NCBI GenBank assembly: GCA_965197375.1
Contig: CBDAMZ010000008.1
Location: 143,394 to 207,393 of the forward strand
Source: Vicinamibacterales bacterium
GTDB lineage: Bacteria; Acidobacteriota; Vicinamibacteria; Vicinamibacterales; UBA8438
DNA: 64,000 bases
Reading direction: 5' to 3'
The translations under genes were made by a program, and so were the position numbers. Below are positions 29,139-40,074 of this stretch, one piece after another. How positions within the stretch are numbered: the first letter of the stretch is position 1; every line of letters starts with the position of its first letter. Under the pieces are notes generated by a model. That model did no database searches. It saw only the letters and a program-made list of their open reading frames with translations, and had not been told where the DNA came from.

Positions 29139-29399
29139 CTAGGCGTCGCCGGTGTCGGTGGGAGGTATGAGTGAGGCCGAGGCCTGTTCAGATTTCTGAC
29201 TTGTGGAACTAGGGGTGTGCTGTTCCTCGATCTTGATCTCGTCCTCCAGTGTGTTCCGGAGATCGTTCGACGCACGTTTAAACTCCCCCAGGCTCCGGCC
29301 GAGAGATCGCCCGAGCTCGGGCAACTTGCGAGGACCGAAGATAATCAGTGCGATAACGAAGATGATGATCAGCTCCGGCATACCGATTGAGCCGAACAT
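29139..29399 (-). CDS. tatA: Twin-arginine translocase subunit TatA/E
   Basis: [43 protein letters not shown] is the canonical TatA N-terminus; start moved to ATG 29399 inside ORF 29139-29435. Confidence 0.88.
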   Translation of the reverse strand: MFGSIGMPELIIIFVIALIIFGPRKLPELGRSLGRSLGEFKRASNDLRNTLEDEIKIEEQHTPSSTSQKSEQASASLIPPTDTGDA

Positions 29400-29547
29400 G
29401 GCAGCAGCGCTCCTTAGATCTGGGGTCGACCCCACAACTGACTGGTCGCATTATAGAAATGTGTCTCCTGGGGGTCAAGTCCTCTGGCTGCCTGATGGAT
29501 CGCTCGAAGTTGTTGTCGCACAGAGGCTTATCTGGTAGCATGCCGCC

Positions 29548-31170
29548 GTGCGATCTGTAACACCTTTGACCATCGGGGTGGGTGCCATCGTTCTGTCGGC
29601 CGTGGTCGGCGGGTTCTTCGGCGGCCAGGTGCTGGCGCGGCAGGATACCGTATCCCGCCACTACGATGGCTTCGCAACTGCTCTGGCAGCTGTCGAGGCA
29701 CACTATGTCGACGCCGTCGACACCGAGCGACTCGTCCACCTGGCAATCGGCGGGATGCTGCAGACGCTCGATCCGCATTCGAACTTTATGGATCCTCGTT
29801 CGTACGCGCAGCTGCGCGAGCGGCAAGAGGGTCGGTACTACGGCCTCGGCGTCTCTATCAACGTAAGGGACGGCCGGATCACGGTGATGAGCCTATTCGG
29901 AGGTTCGCCCGCCTATCGGAAGGGGATCCGGCGCGGCGACGTCATCGCCAGAATCGATGGCGAGGATGCGATCGGCATGAGTAGTGAGCAGGCCGTTCGC
30001 CGCCTACGTGGACCAAAGGGGAGCGCGGTCAAGATTTCGATTCGGCGCGTCGGTTACAACAGGTTGATCGACCTCGAGGTCGAGCGCGATGAGATCAACA
30101 TCCCGACCGTTGAGGCAGCTTTTATGGTGGACGAGCGGACCGGATATGTCCGCCTGGGTGGCTTCGCGGCGACGACCGACCATGAGCTGCGGCGCGAGCT
30201 CAACAGTCTCAACGATGCTGGGATGCAACGGTTATTGCTCGACCTGCGGGACAACCCGGGTGGCCCGCTAGACCAGGCGATCAAGGTTGCCAATCGGTTC
30301 TTACCGCGCGGTGACATGGTTGTCTACACGCGTGGGCGCGTCGCTAACTCCGACCAGGACTACTACGCACGCGAGGAAAGCGAGTTTACCGAGCTGCCGT
30401 TGATGGTCTTGGTGAACCGTAGTAGTGCCAGCGCGTCTGAGATCGTCGCCGGTGCGATTCAAGACCACGATCGCGGCCTCGTCGTTGGCGAGACGACCTT
30501 CGGCAAGGCCTTGGTCCAGTCGATTTATCGAGTCAGCCATGGGGCCGGCCTAGCGCTGACGACCGCCCGGTACTACACCCCCAGTGGACGGATGATCCAG
30601 CGGCCGTGGGATGGCACGTTCGACGAATACTTGGCGTACTCCATGCGCAAGCAGACACCACGTACTCATTTGCCGGCCGACCGGAAGTATACTGACAACG
30701 GACGCGAGGTCTACAGCGGTGGTGGGATCGAGCCGGATCACTTTATCGCAGGGCCGATTCAGGGGTTCGCCCCGTCTCGCTTCGGGCGGCTTTTGGCGGC
30801 GCGGGCGGAGTTTGCCAACTTTGCAGAGCGTTTCTCGGCCGAAGGAGACACGCGTATCGGTGCGCAGGGGAAGGGCCGTGAGATCGTTTCCTCGGGATTC
30901 GTTACTGATGACCGTTTGCTGAATGAATTTAAGAAGCACGTCCGGCGCCGCGGGCTAACCGTGAGCGAGGACGCGTTTGCCGCGGATGTTAACTTTATTC
31001 GTGCCATGATTCATTTTGAGGTGGATGTGGCACTCTTCTCGATTGCCGAGGCGAGACGGAATCTATTTCGTGCGGATCCTCAGGCGCAGTATGCGCTGAC
31101 GCTGTTTGGCGAGGCCGAACAGCTGCTGAATCCGGTGGGCCGCCAGCCCACACGCGTGGTGGCCCACTAG
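29548..31170 (+). CDS. S41 family carboxyl-terminal processing peptidase
   Basis: 540 aa; N-terminal TM; PDZ (GLGVSINVRDGRITVMSLFGGSPAYRKGIRRGDVI); catalytic region LVNRSSASASEIVAGAIQDHDRGLVVGETTFGKALVQ. Confidence 0.9.
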   Translation: MRSVTPLTIGVGAIVLSAVVGGFFGGQVLARQDTVSRHYDGFATALAAVEAHYVDAVDTERLVHLAIGGMLQTLDPHSNFMDPRSYAQLRERQEGRYYGLGVSINVRDGRITVMSLFGGSPAYRKGIRRGDVIARIDGEDAIGMSSEQAVRRLRGPKGSAVKISIRRVGYNRLIDLEVERDEINIPTVEAAFMVDERTGYVRLGGFAATTDHELRRELNSLNDAGMQRLLLDLRDNPGGPLDQAIKVANRFLPRGDMVVYTRGRVANSDQDYYAREESEFTELPLMVLVNRSSASASEIVAGAIQDHDRGLVVGETTFGKALVQSIYRVSHGAGLALTTARYYTPSGRMIQRPWDGTFDEYLAYSMRKQTPRTHLPADRKYTDNGREVYSGGGIEPDHFIAGPIQGFAPSRFGRLLAARAEFANFAERFSAEGDTRIGAQGKGREIVSSGFVTDDRLLNEFKKHVRRRGLTVSEDAFAADVNFIRAMIHFEVDVALFSIAEARRNLFRADPQAQYALTLFGEAEQLLNPVGRQPTRVVAH

Positions 31171-31413
31171 TTGGGCTTGCCGCCGATGCTAGTGCCTTGC
31201 TACACTGCGGTCCGTGCGAGGGCGGCTGGGTTGGTCCCCACGCGTCGACTGCGGGTGTGGTGGGCAGCGCGGGGCTGGGCCGGTTCGAACGACTGCTGAA
31301 GACGTCCAACGAGGGCCAAGTCGGCGTGCTTCCAGCCGCTCGACAGGTGAGGTTGCCGATGTGCATGACCTGTTCGCGCGGCTCTTTTTCCGTACAGACC
31401 CCATGACAAACCG

Positions 31414-34400
31414 ATGCGCCTAACCCATCTCGAAATTCTAGGGTTCAAGAGCTTTCCCGAACGCGCGGGGCTTGCCTTCGACGATGGTGTGACTGCGATC
31501 GTGGGTCCGAACGGTTGCGGCAAGAGCAATGTTATTGACGCGATTACTTGGGTGTTGGGTGAGCAGAGCGCCAGAAGCCTCCGTGGCGAGCGCATGGAGG
31601 ACGTGATCTTCAGCGGCAGTGATGCCAGACGTCCCACGGCGGCCGCCGAAGTACGCTTGCAACTGTCGCAGGTGGCTGCTGCACCGTCCAGCGTCAGGGG
31701 TCGCGGCGGTGGCAACGGCCACGCGGATGGGAACAGCCGGGGACCGGGCGGTAATGGCCGTGGTCACGGGGCGCTTGTGGTGGACGGTGATGCCACGTCT
31801 GACAACGCATTCGATGAGCCTCCAACCATCACGTGCGACGTGGAAGTAGGACGTCGCTTGTATCGCTCTGGCGAGAGCGAGTATCTCCTCGACGGTCAGG
31901 TTTGCCGTCTGTGCGACATCCAGGATCTACTCATGGATTCTGGGGTGGGCGTCAAGGCGTACGCTGTCATCGAACAGGGCAAAATTGGGCAGATACTCAG
32001 CGCGCGCCCGGCGGAGCGGAGGCAGCTGCTAGAAGAAGCAGCCGGTGTTACGAAATACAAGACGCGCCGACGCTCGGCCGAATTGAAGCTCGAAGCAGCT
32101 CAGCAGAACTTGACCCGCGTCGACGACATCGTTTTCGAAGTCGAGAAGCAGCGTGGTGCACTTAAACGACAGGCGGCTAAAGCGCGACGTTACCGTCGTC
32201 TTCGTGAAGAGCTGCGACGATGGGAGAAGGTGCGCTTTGCGCAGCGAAGCCAGACTCTAACACGTGCGATCGAGGCCGCCGTGCTCCGGCTCGAAGAAGC
32301 TCTGGTCCGTGAGCGGGGCGCGGCAGCGGGGCTCGCCGGGCTCGAGAGTATTCAAGAGAGCCTTCGCATTAACCTGGTCGACGCTGACCGGGCGGCCACA
32401 TCGACGCGCGATGCTATTCACCAACAAGAGTTGGAGGTTGGTCGCCGCCAACAGCAGATCGAGTTCGATAAACAGCACGTGTCGGCCCTTGCCGCCGCGC
32501 TCACCGAGGGGGAGGTGGAACTCTGCGCGCTCGAGCAGCGCCGCGCACCGGCCGAAGGTGAACTGTCGGCTCAGCAAGCAGCCCGCGAGCGGTGCACCGC
32601 CGATTGCGACGCTGCAGCCTCGCGGTCGCAGGCCGCTGAGCGTGCGTTGACCGATGCTCAGCGAGCCATCGAAGGGCTCGAAGTGGACGTCGAAGCGGCG
32701 CGCAGCGAAGTCTTTGCTGCGGTCAACGCGGCCACGGCACTGCAGAACGTCATGGACAACACCGCAGTGGCTCGGGGACGGCTCACCGAGGAGCTGACTA
32801 AGCTCGAGGTGGAGATGGCCGATGTGTCGGCGGAGCGCGCGCGGATCGTCGACGCGCGGGAGTGTGTCGATCAGGAAGCTCGCCGCACACGCGAAAACCT
32901 CGAGGCCGCCAAGGCGAGCAGGGCCGATCACGACGCCGAGCTCGCCTCAGCTCGGGTCGAACGTGAGTGGCGGGCTCGTGAGGTCCGCACGCGCGAGTAC
33001 GAGATGGCCAGCATGCGCGCACGTCTCGACTCACTTGAGGAGTTCGAGGCTTCGCGTGCAGCCTATGGTGACGCCGCCAGGGTTGTACTGGCAGCGTCCG
33101 GGAAACACGTTGATCACCTCGGTTCAGTCGCTGACTACGTCGAGGTTCGCCGGTCGGACGAACGGGCAGTGGAGGCGTGCTTGGGCGATCTGCTGGAGTG
33201 CATCGTGGTCCGCTCGTACGAGGATGCGCTAGCGGGGATGGCACTGGCCAAGAGGAAGAACGCCGGGCGTTGTGGGTTTGTGATCATAGACGGCCATCGC
33301 CAGCCTTCGGCCGAGGCACAGCCACCTCATGCGTCGCTGCGCTCGCTCGGACAGATTGTACAGGTGAACGGCCCAGGTGCGCGGGTGGTGCGGAGTCTGT
33401 TGGCCAGGCGGTGGCTCGCCCCCTCACTCGAACAGGCTGCCGCGGCCGCCCGGGTGACTGATGACCAGATCACCACGCCGGAGGGCTTCGTCTTCCGCGG
33501 TCCGTCGCTGGTCAATGGCGGTGGCCAGCGAAGGGCGCACGGCATCCTTTCAACCAAGGGCGAGGTCAAGGCGCTTCGCGCGCGACTGGTGTCCGAGGAG
33601 GAGGAAGTCCAGCGCCTTAACGCGGAGATTGTGACATTTGCTGGTCTGGTGGCGCACGCGGAGGTTGCCCTCACTGCCCTGCATACGGGGGAGCACACGC
33701 ACGAGAAAGCGCTGGTCGGGCTCGACTTGCAGCACGCCAACCTCGACGACGAGCTTGAGCGATTGGCGCGCAAGCAGGAGGTGATTGACACAGAGCACCG
33801 GAAGGCTGACGCAGAGTGTGAGGGGATGGATGCGAAGCAGACGGAAGCCCGCGAGTCAATCGCGCGGTTGGAGGCTGAGCAGAATTCGGCGAATGAACGC
33901 TTCATGAGTACCCAGCGGCACCTACTCCAGACGCGCGAATCAGTCGACGGTCTGGGCCGGCAGTTCACCGAGGCAAAGGCCGCGCACGCGGCATTGGCGG
34001 AGCGGTCTGCCGCGCTGGCTGCTGATGTGCGGCGACTCGTCGATCAGACCAGTGATCTGGACCAGCGGATCCGCTGCCGCGCTGACGCGAATCAGCACAC
34101 AGTCGCCGACCGTGAGGCACGGTTTGCTGCGGTCGCCTTGTCAGAACACCAGCTCGATGAGGGTGTGAAGGCCTTCGAGTTGCTCCGTGAGGAAGTCCGG
34201 TCTGTTGACGAGCGAACGACTGACCTGCAGCAGCAGATCGCCGACCATGAGGCAAAGGTCCGAGAGGCTCGGCGTGCACTTGATGAGGTTCGGGCAGAAG
34301 TTGGGCGGCTGGACGTGGCGCGTGCTACGGTGGACTCCGACTTATCCCACTTGTCGGCGTCGTGCACTGACACGCTTCAGCTGACCTTGGACGAGGTATG

Positions 34401-35226
34401 TGCCGAGGTCGATCAGCTTGAGCTCGAAGGGACGATTGCGCCGGACGCGTCGCTGATTGGACATGGCACGGACGGCGCTGATGACACAGGCGTCATCGAT
34501 GAAGACAGTGCTGTGGCCGACACCTCGGTGTCCCCCGTGGAAGCTACGCCAGAGACGCCGACCAAGTTGAGCGACGCCGACGGACTTGGGGTCGAAGGTG
34601 TCATCGATCGGCTGCGTGAGAGAATCGACCGGTTAGGGCCGGTCAATATGATGGCGATCGACCAGTTCGACGAACTCGAGCAACGGCATGAGTTTCTCAC
34701 GACACAGCGCCGAGACCTGTTGGGTGCAATTGCCGCCACCGGCGAGGCGATCAAGCGAATCGACGTGACGACGCGGACGCGCTTTCGCGAGGCTTTCACA
34801 GCGGTCAGTGAGTACTTTCAGGCGACGTTCGAAACGCTGTTCGGTGGAGGCCGTGCGGGCCTGGTGCTGCTCGACGAGAGCGATGTGCTCGAGAGCGGGA
34901 TCGACATCATTGCGCAACCTCCAGGCAAGCGACTACAAAGCATCCAGTTGCTGTCCGGTGGTGAAAAGGCACTGACCGCTATGGCCTTGATGTTCGCCAT
35001 TTTCAAGTACAGGCCGAGTCCCTTCTGTTTGCTAGATGAGATAGATGCACCGCTCGATGACGCCAACATCGGCAGGTTTGTGGAGATGCTCCGTGGCCTC
35101 CATGACGACACGCAGTTTGTGCTGGTGACCCACAACCGGAAAACGATGGAGATCGCCGACCAGCTCTATGGCGTCACGATGGAAGAGCCGGGTGTCTCGA
35201 AGCTGATCTCGGTCAAGCTGAACTGA
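31414..35226 (+). CDS. smc: Chromosome partition protein Smc
   Basis: 1270 aa; MRLTHLEILGFKSF..., Walker A GPNGCGKSNVIDAI, long coiled coils, hinge, C-terminal LSGGEKALTAMALMFAIF... Walker B LLDEIDAPLD. Confidence 0.95.
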   Translation: MRLTHLEILGFKSFPERAGLAFDDGVTAIVGPNGCGKSNVIDAITWVLGEQSARSLRGERMEDVIFSGSDARRPTAAAEVRLQLSQVAAAPSSVRGRGGGNGHADGNSRGPGGNGRGHGALVVDGDATSDNAFDEPPTITCDVEVGRRLYRSGESEYLLDGQVCRLCDIQDLLMDSGVGVKAYAVIEQGKIGQILSARPAERRQLLEEAAGVTKYKTRRRSAELKLEAAQQNLTRVDDIVFEVEKQRGALKRQAAKARRYRRLREELRRWEKVRFAQRSQTLTRAIEAAVLRLEEALVRERGAAAGLAGLESIQESLRINLVDADRAATSTRDAIHQQELEVGRRQQQIEFDKQHVSALAAALTEGEVELCALEQRRAPAEGELSAQQAARERCTADCDAAASRSQAAERALTDAQRAIEGLEVDVEAARSEVFAAVNAATALQNVMDNTAVARGRLTEELTKLEVEMADVSAERARIVDARECVDQEARRTRENLEAAKASRADHDAELASARVEREWRAREVRTREYEMASMRARLDSLEEFEASRAAYGDAARVVLAASGKHVDHLGSVADYVEVRRSDERAVEACLGDLLECIVVRSYEDALAGMALAKRKNAGRCGFVIIDGHRQPSAEAQPPHASLRSLGQIVQVNGPGARVVRSLLARRWLAPSLEQAAAAARVTDDQITTPEGFVFRGPSLVNGGGQRRAHGILSTKGEVKALRARLVSEEEEVQRLNAEIVTFAGLVAHAEVALTALHTGEHTHEKALVGLDLQHANLDDELERLARKQEVIDTEHRKADAECEGMDAKQTEARESIARLEAEQNSANERFMSTQRHLLQTRESVDGLGRQFTEAKAAHAALAERSAALAADVRRLVDQTSDLDQRIRCRADANQHTVADREARFAAVALSEHQLDEGVKAFELLREEVRSVDERTTDLQQQIADHEAKVREARRALDEVRAEVGRLDVARATVDSDLSHLSASCTDTLQLTLDEVCAEVDQLELEGTIAPDASLIGHGTDGADDTGVIDEDSAVADTSVSPVEATPETPTKLSDADGLGVEGVIDRLRERIDRLGPVNMMAIDQFDELEQRHEFLTTQRRDLLGAIAATGEAIKRIDVTTRTRFREAFTAVSEYFQATFETLFGGGRAGLVLLDESDVLESGIDIIAQPPGKRLQSIQLLSGGEKALTAMALMFAIFKYRPSPFCLLDEIDAPLDDANIGRFVEMLRGLHDDTQFVLVTHNRKTMEIADQLYGVTMEEPGVSKLISVKLN

Positions 35227-35275
35227 TATCCCCTCGACCAGCGCGGGGTACTTCAGCGGGCCTGCCTGCAACGTT

Positions 35276-37498
35276 CTAGGAATCTGCCGCCTGGCCTGCT
35301 CGCGGCCCGCGGTGGCGTGTTGCCTGCGGCCGGCCACCCGGTGGTGCGCCACGGCCACCACGTGGACCCTGAGCACCATCCCCGTCGACTTGATCACCAG
35401 ACGCTGTCGAGCCTGGTTCAGTAGGTAGGAGGGCCTTGCGGCTCAGCCTGACCTTTCCCGATGGGTCGACGTTGATCACCTTAACTAATACCTGGTCGCC
35501 CTCATCGAGCTCGTCACGCACTCCCTTGACGCGGTAGTGGGCGATTTCCGAGATGTGCAGTAGACCATCGATACCAGGGAGGATCTCCACGAACGCACCG
35601 AAGTCCGTAATCCGTTGTACCTTGCCGAGGTAGGTCTTGTTCAGCTCTGGGCTCGCGGTCAGTTCTTCGATGATGGTGATCGCCTTCTGTGTCGAGGTCT
35701 CATCGGTCGATGTCACGTGGACACGGCCGTCGTCCTCGACGTCGATTTTGGCACCGGTCCGATCGACGATGCTTCGGATCGTCTTGCCTCCGGGTCCGAT
35801 CACATCCCGGATTTTGTCGACCGGAATCTGGATCGTCACGATCCGAGGGGCATAGGTCGAGATCGACTCGCGCGGTGCCGCGATCGTGGCGCTCATCTTC
35901 TCGAGGATCTCAAATCGACCGGCCCTCGCCTGCGCGAGGGCCTCGCGCATGATCTCGCTGGTGACACCAGAGACCTTGATGTCCATCTGGAGCGCGGTAA
36001 TGCCTTCTGTGGTTCCCGTGACCTTAAAGTCCATGTCGCCGTAGTGGTCCTCCGCGCCGGCGATGTCGGAGAGCACGGCGTAGCGCCCGGTCGCCTCATT
36101 GAGGATGAGACCCATCGCGACCCCAGCCACCGGACACTTCAAGGGCGCGCCAGCGTCCATCAGGGCCAATGAGGCGCCGCAGACCGTTGCCATCGACGAG
36201 GAGCCGTTCGACTCGAGGATGTCAGACACGACGCGCATGGTGTAGGGAAATTTGTCCTCGCTCGGGATCATTCTGGCGAGACTACGCTCGGCGAGGTTGC
36301 CGTGACCGATCTCGCGGCGACCAGGGCCCCGTAGGTACTTGACCTCTCCGACCGAGAACGGCGGGAAGTTGTAGTGCAGCATGAACCGTTTGCGGGACTC
36401 GCCCTCGATCCGCTCGACCTTCTGCTGGTCATCGGCAGTTCCGAGGGTGGCGGTCACCAGCGCCTGTGTCTCGCCGCGAGTAAAGATGGCCGAGCCGTGC
36501 ACTCGAGGGAGTATCCCGACCTCCGCCCAGATTTCCCTGATTTCGTTGAACTGTCGGCCGTCGAGCCGAACGCCGCGCTCCAGCACCTCGTCACGGAGGA
36601 TTTTCTCCTTGAGACTCTTGAAAACCTGCTTGGCGTCGCTCCGGCCGTCACCGTCGTCCTCTGGATATGAGGCCAGGAGCTCGTCGAGAATCTGATCGAC
36701 CTTGGCGTAGTTTGCGAGTTTGCCCTTGATCCGCATCGCGTCGGTTAGCGGCGCGAGCACCTTAGATTCGATTCCGGATGCGACGGCCGAATCGACCGCC
36801 GGCGCCGCGACTTTACGCTTCGGCTTGCCGACGGCTGCCCTCACCTCGTCGATCGTTGCCACGATATCTCGGATGGCGGCGTGGCCCTCTTCGAGAGCGC
36901 GCAGCATCTCGTCTTCGGGCAGCTCATCGGATCCGGCCTCGACCATCACGATGGCATCGGTGCTGCCAGCTACGAGCAAATCGAGACGGCTCAGGCGCCG
37001 CTCGTCGTAGGTCGGGTTAATGATGAATGTCCCGTCGACGAGTCCGACACGCACTGCGGCCACGGTCTTCTGGAACGGGATGTTCGAGATCGACAGTGCG
37101 GCCGACGCGCCCGTGAGCGCCAGCACGTCAGGGTCGATATTATCGTCGGCGGACACGACCCAGGCGACGACCTGGGTCTCGTAGTTCCAGCCGGATGGGA
37201 ACATGGGACGGATCGGCCGGTCGATGAGGCGGCTCGTGAGCACTTCTTTCTCGGGCGGCCTACCTTCGCGTTTAAAGAAGCCGCCTGGGATCCGCCCAGA
37301 GGCGTAAGTGTTCTCGCGATAGTCCACAGTCAGTGGCAAGAAATCGATACCCTGGCGTGGCGTCGGTGCGGCGCAGGCCGTAATCAAGACTATGGTGTCA
37401 GCGAGCCGAACAGTCACGGCGCCGTCGGCTTGCTTCACCAATTTTCCGGTCTCGATGGTCAAGATGTTTCGACCGGCGTTCACTTTGGCCGTGTGCAT
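35276..37498 (-). CDS. pnp: Polyribonucleotide nucleotidyltransferase (PNPase), with Arg/Gly/Pro-rich C-terminal tail
   Basis: 740 aa; two RNase PH domains, KH ([20 protein letters not shown]) and S1 ([27 protein letters not shown]). Confidence 0.97.
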   Translation of the reverse strand: MHTAKVNAGRNILTIETGKLVKQADGAVTVRLADTIVLITACAAPTPRQGIDFLPLTVDYRENTYASGRIPGGFFKREGRPPEKEVLTSRLIDRPIRPMFPSGWNYETQVVAWVVSADDNIDPDVLALTGASAALSISNIPFQKTVAAVRVGLVDGTFIINPTYDERRLSRLDLLVAGSTDAIVMVEAGSDELPEDEMLRALEEGHAAIRDIVATIDEVRAAVGKPKRKVAAPAVDSAVASGIESKVLAPLTDAMRIKGKLANYAKVDQILDELLASYPEDDGDGRSDAKQVFKSLKEKILRDEVLERGVRLDGRQFNEIREIWAEVGILPRVHGSAIFTRGETQALVTATLGTADDQQKVERIEGESRKRFMLHYNFPPFSVGEVKYLRGPGRREIGHGNLAERSLARMIPSEDKFPYTMRVVSDILESNGSSSMATVCGASLALMDAGAPLKCPVAGVAMGLILNEATGRYAVLSDIAGAEDHYGDMDFKVTGTTEGITALQMDIKVSGVTSEIMREALAQARAGRFEILEKMSATIAAPRESISTYAPRIVTIQIPVDKIRDVIGPGGKTIRSIVDRTGAKIDVEDDGRVHVTSTDETSTQKAITIIEELTASPELNKTYLGKVQRITDFGAFVEILPGIDGLLHISEIAHYRVKGVRDELDEGDQVLVKVINVDPSGKVRLSRKALLPTEPGSTASGDQVDGDGAQGPRGGRGAPPGGRPQATRHRGPRAGQAADS

Positions 37499-37595
37499 GC
37501 AATCTGCTCCCGGTGAAGAAAGGTGAGCGAGCGGAGCGAATTATAAGGCGGGAAGGGGTCGCCGGCCTCCGTGGGGCCAGCCATCTGTCTCGCGC

Positions 37596-37865
37596 CTACT
37601 TGCGGATGCCGAGTCGCTTGATGAGATCCGCGTATCGCTCAGAGTCTTTACCCTTGAGGTAGTCGAGGAGCCGCCGCCGCTGTCCGACGAGCTTCAATAA
37701 TCCGCGGCGCGAGTGGTGGTCTTTAGCGTGGACCTTGAAGTGATCCGTCAGGTAACTGATGCGTTCGCTGAGAATCGCGACCTGCACTTCCGGCGATCCA
37801 GTATCGGCTTCATGCACGCGATACGAACCGATGATTTCAGACTTTTGCGCCTTCGCCAACGCCAC
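37596..37865 (-). CDS. rpsO: 30S ribosomal protein S15
   Basis: 89 aa; ...[50 protein letters not shown]. Confidence 0.96.
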   Translation of the reverse strand: MALAKAQKSEIIGSYRVHEADTGSPEVQVAILSERISYLTDHFKVHAKDHHSRRGLLKLVGQRRRLLDYLKGKDSERYADLIKRLGIRK

Positions 37866-37919
37866 GTGCTGACGCCTCTTCCTCGTCTAGTTATTGATAC
37901 TTAGTCCAACGGGCTGAGC

Positions 37920-38849
37920 TTACACTAGAACGATCGTTGGATGCAAAGCGCCGCTGGCCTCTGTTTGAGCGATGGCGATCAATGTTCCCCGGCGGTCGTA
38001 CAGCTTTACGTTGTCTCTATTTTCCCTCCCTGCGGCGGCTTGGCGCCAGCTCGGATCGCCGCACGCGATGTTGGTGGGCGAGACGCTGTTGCCGTGGGCT
38101 GCTCGCCGCGTGCCGGCGTCAGTCAACACGAGGTGCGGAAGCTCAGGCAGGAGCCTTGGCAACGGTAAGAGGCGTGTTGCTGACCAGTCGGGTTCGTTCT
38201 CGAGTGCATCCAGTGAGACGGCCTGGTCAAGCCCAAATGCCCCGCTCTGTTCACGCCGCAGCGCTTCAAGGCACCCGCCGCAGCCGAGTGCGGCCCCGAG
38301 GTCATGAGCGAACGCCCGCATATAGAAACCCGGATCGCAGGTGACGCGGCAGTGAAGGCGGTCGTTGGTGAGTGACAGGAACTCAAGAGCGTGGACCGTT
38401 ACTTCGACCGCCTTCGTTTCGACCGGTTGGCGGCGGCGGGCCAGCCGATATGCACGGACACCTCGGATCTTCTTAGCCGAGAACGCCGGCGGGTGCTGGA
38501 GGAACCTTCCTCTGAACGCCAGGCTTGTGGTTTCCACGGTGGTAAGATCGACGGGCCGTTCTTTGTGATCAGCTCCATCGTGACGATCGGGGACGACGGT
38601 GCCCGTGACGTCATACGTGTCCGTAACGACGCCGAGTCGGATCACGCCCTCGTATACCTTTTTGCCGGCCGCGAGGAGCGACGCCAGCCGCGTCGCGCGG
38701 CCGACAACCAATGGCAGTACGCCGGTGGCTAGTGGATCGAGCGTTCCGATGTGACCAATCCGGCGGGTCCCAAAGCCCCGGCGGGCGCGGGCGACGACGT
38801 CGTGTGACGTGAGACCTGCACGCTTGTCGATGACCAGGACGCCGTCCAT
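37920..38849 (-). CDS. truB: tRNA pseudouridine(55) synthase TruB
   Basis: 309 aa; MDGVLVIDKRAGLTSHDVV...RIGHIGTLDPLATGVLPLVVGRATR, containing the catalytic Asp motif. Confidence 0.93.
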   Translation of the reverse strand: MDGVLVIDKRAGLTSHDVVARARRGFGTRRIGHIGTLDPLATGVLPLVVGRATRLASLLAAGKKVYEGVIRLGVVTDTYDVTGTVVPDRHDGADHKERPVDLTTVETTSLAFRGRFLQHPPAFSAKKIRGVRAYRLARRRQPVETKAVEVTVHALEFLSLTNDRLHCRVTCDPGFYMRAFAHDLGAALGCGGCLEALRREQSGAFGLDQAVSLDALENEPDWSATRLLPLPRLLPELPHLVLTDAGTRRAAHGNSVSPTNIACGDPSWRQAAAGRENRDNVKLYDRRGTLIAIAQTEASGALHPTIVLV

Positions 38850-39063
38850 CCTTGTCTTCGGTCAGGTCCGGGGGGCCTGGTGCCGCCGTTCGTAATTACG
38901 GCGGCACTCGACCGCCGATGCGTCTCTCACTGAGGGCGGCACCGGACTCTCAGAAGCGGGTTCGAATACTCCAGGTATTCTCTCACCTTGTACCCTGTTA
39001 GGGCCAGACGCGGCTTCGCTCAGCGGAACCTTGGTGCGTGGCCGTCATAACGAACGGGACCAC
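38850..39063 (-). repeat. Intergenic repeat element, copy B (homologous to 20724-20945)
   Basis: Fills the whole 214-nt gap between the DHH phosphoesterase stop and the truB start. On the minus strand it begins GTGGTCCCGTT right after the stop codon. Core CTGAGCGAAGCCGCGTC is at 39023-39007 and GAGTATTCGAACCC at 38971-38958. Also contains a perfect 8-bp hairpin GTGCCGCC/GGCGGCAC (about 38880-38907). Confidence 0.6.
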
Positions 39064-40074
39064 TCAGTCTTGCTGTGAGCGACCGCCGCGCTGGCCAAGA
39101 CTAACGTTTATCGCCGCGACAACCTCGGCCAGCACACGGCGTTCGATCTCGTCTCGAGTCCCGGAGAGAGAGAACCCAGAGGCGTTCCGATGGCCACCGC
39201 CCGCGAACGTGGCGGCCACTGCTCGTACGTCGATGGAGCCCTTCGAGCGAAGACTGACGCGGGTGACGTTGCGGAAGGCCTTTAGGAGGATGGCCACTTC
39301 GACGTCCCGCGCCGCCAGCGGCAGGTTGACCAGGCCCTCCATATCGTCGTCCGCGCAGCCGGTCGCGCGGAGGATGTGGTCATCGACGTACAACACGGCG
39401 ATGCGGCCGCCACTCTGAAATTGCATCGACTCGAGCATCACGCCGGTGAGTTTGAGCTTGCCGACGCTGCTGTGTTGATACACCTGAGCGGCGAGGCTTG
39501 CGGTGTCTACGCCGCTGGCGGCGATTTGTCGGCAGATGTCGAAAGTTCGAGCCGTGATGTTGCCATGGCCAAATGACCCGGTGTCGGTTAGGACTCCGAC
39601 ATACAGATTGATGCCTATCGCGCGCGTCAGCGTTCCCCCGAGTCCGGTAATGACGTCGAATACCATCTCGGTGCAGGCGGCTGCCGATTCGTCGAACCAG
39701 TTGATTGCGCCGTACATTGAGTTACCGGCGTGATGGTCGATGTTAATCACGAAGTATTGGTCGAGCCCTCTCACCTCCGTCCGGCTTAGTGAGTTGCACT
39801 CCAACACGACTGCGGCGTCGTACGGTCCGGTGACCGTGTCGGCGGCCTCGATCACTGAAATTCCAGGCAGCCAGGTCAGAAAAGAGGGTGCCTGGTCATG
39901 GTTGACGATGCGAACTGTTTTGCCCAGATCGGTGAGCGCTTGCGCGAGGGCAAGCTGTGAGCCGATCGAATCGCCGTCTGGTCGTGCATGTGAAGACAGA
40001 ACGAAACGATTGCGGTGCTGGATCGCCCCCAGGATCTGATCGAGCGGTGACTTAGGTGTCACGAGGGCCCTCAT
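39064..40074 (-). CDS. DHH-family phosphoesterase (NrnA-like oligoribonuclease / pAp phosphatase)
   Basis: From ATG 40074: MRALVTPKSPLDQILGAIQHRNRFVLSSHARPDGDSIGS..., NIDHHAGN, ...GGGHRNASGF (DHH, DHHA1 GGGH motifs). The upstream part of the 425-aa ORF overlaps rbfA and is judged spurious. Confidence 0.8.
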   Translation of the reverse strand: MRALVTPKSPLDQILGAIQHRNRFVLSSHARPDGDSIGSQLALAQALTDLGKTVRIVNHDQAPSFLTWLPGISVIEAADTVTGPYDAAVVLECNSLSRTEVRGLDQYFVINIDHHAGNSMYGAINWFDESAAACTEMVFDVITGLGGTLTRAIGINLYVGVLTDTGSFGHGNITARTFDICRQIAASGVDTASLAAQVYQHSSVGKLKLTGVMLESMQFQSGGRIAVLYVDDHILRATGCADDDMEGLVNLPLAARDVEVAILLKAFRNVTRVSLRSKGSIDVRAVAATFAGGGHRNASGFSLSGTRDEIERRVLAEVVAAINVSLGQRGGRSQQD

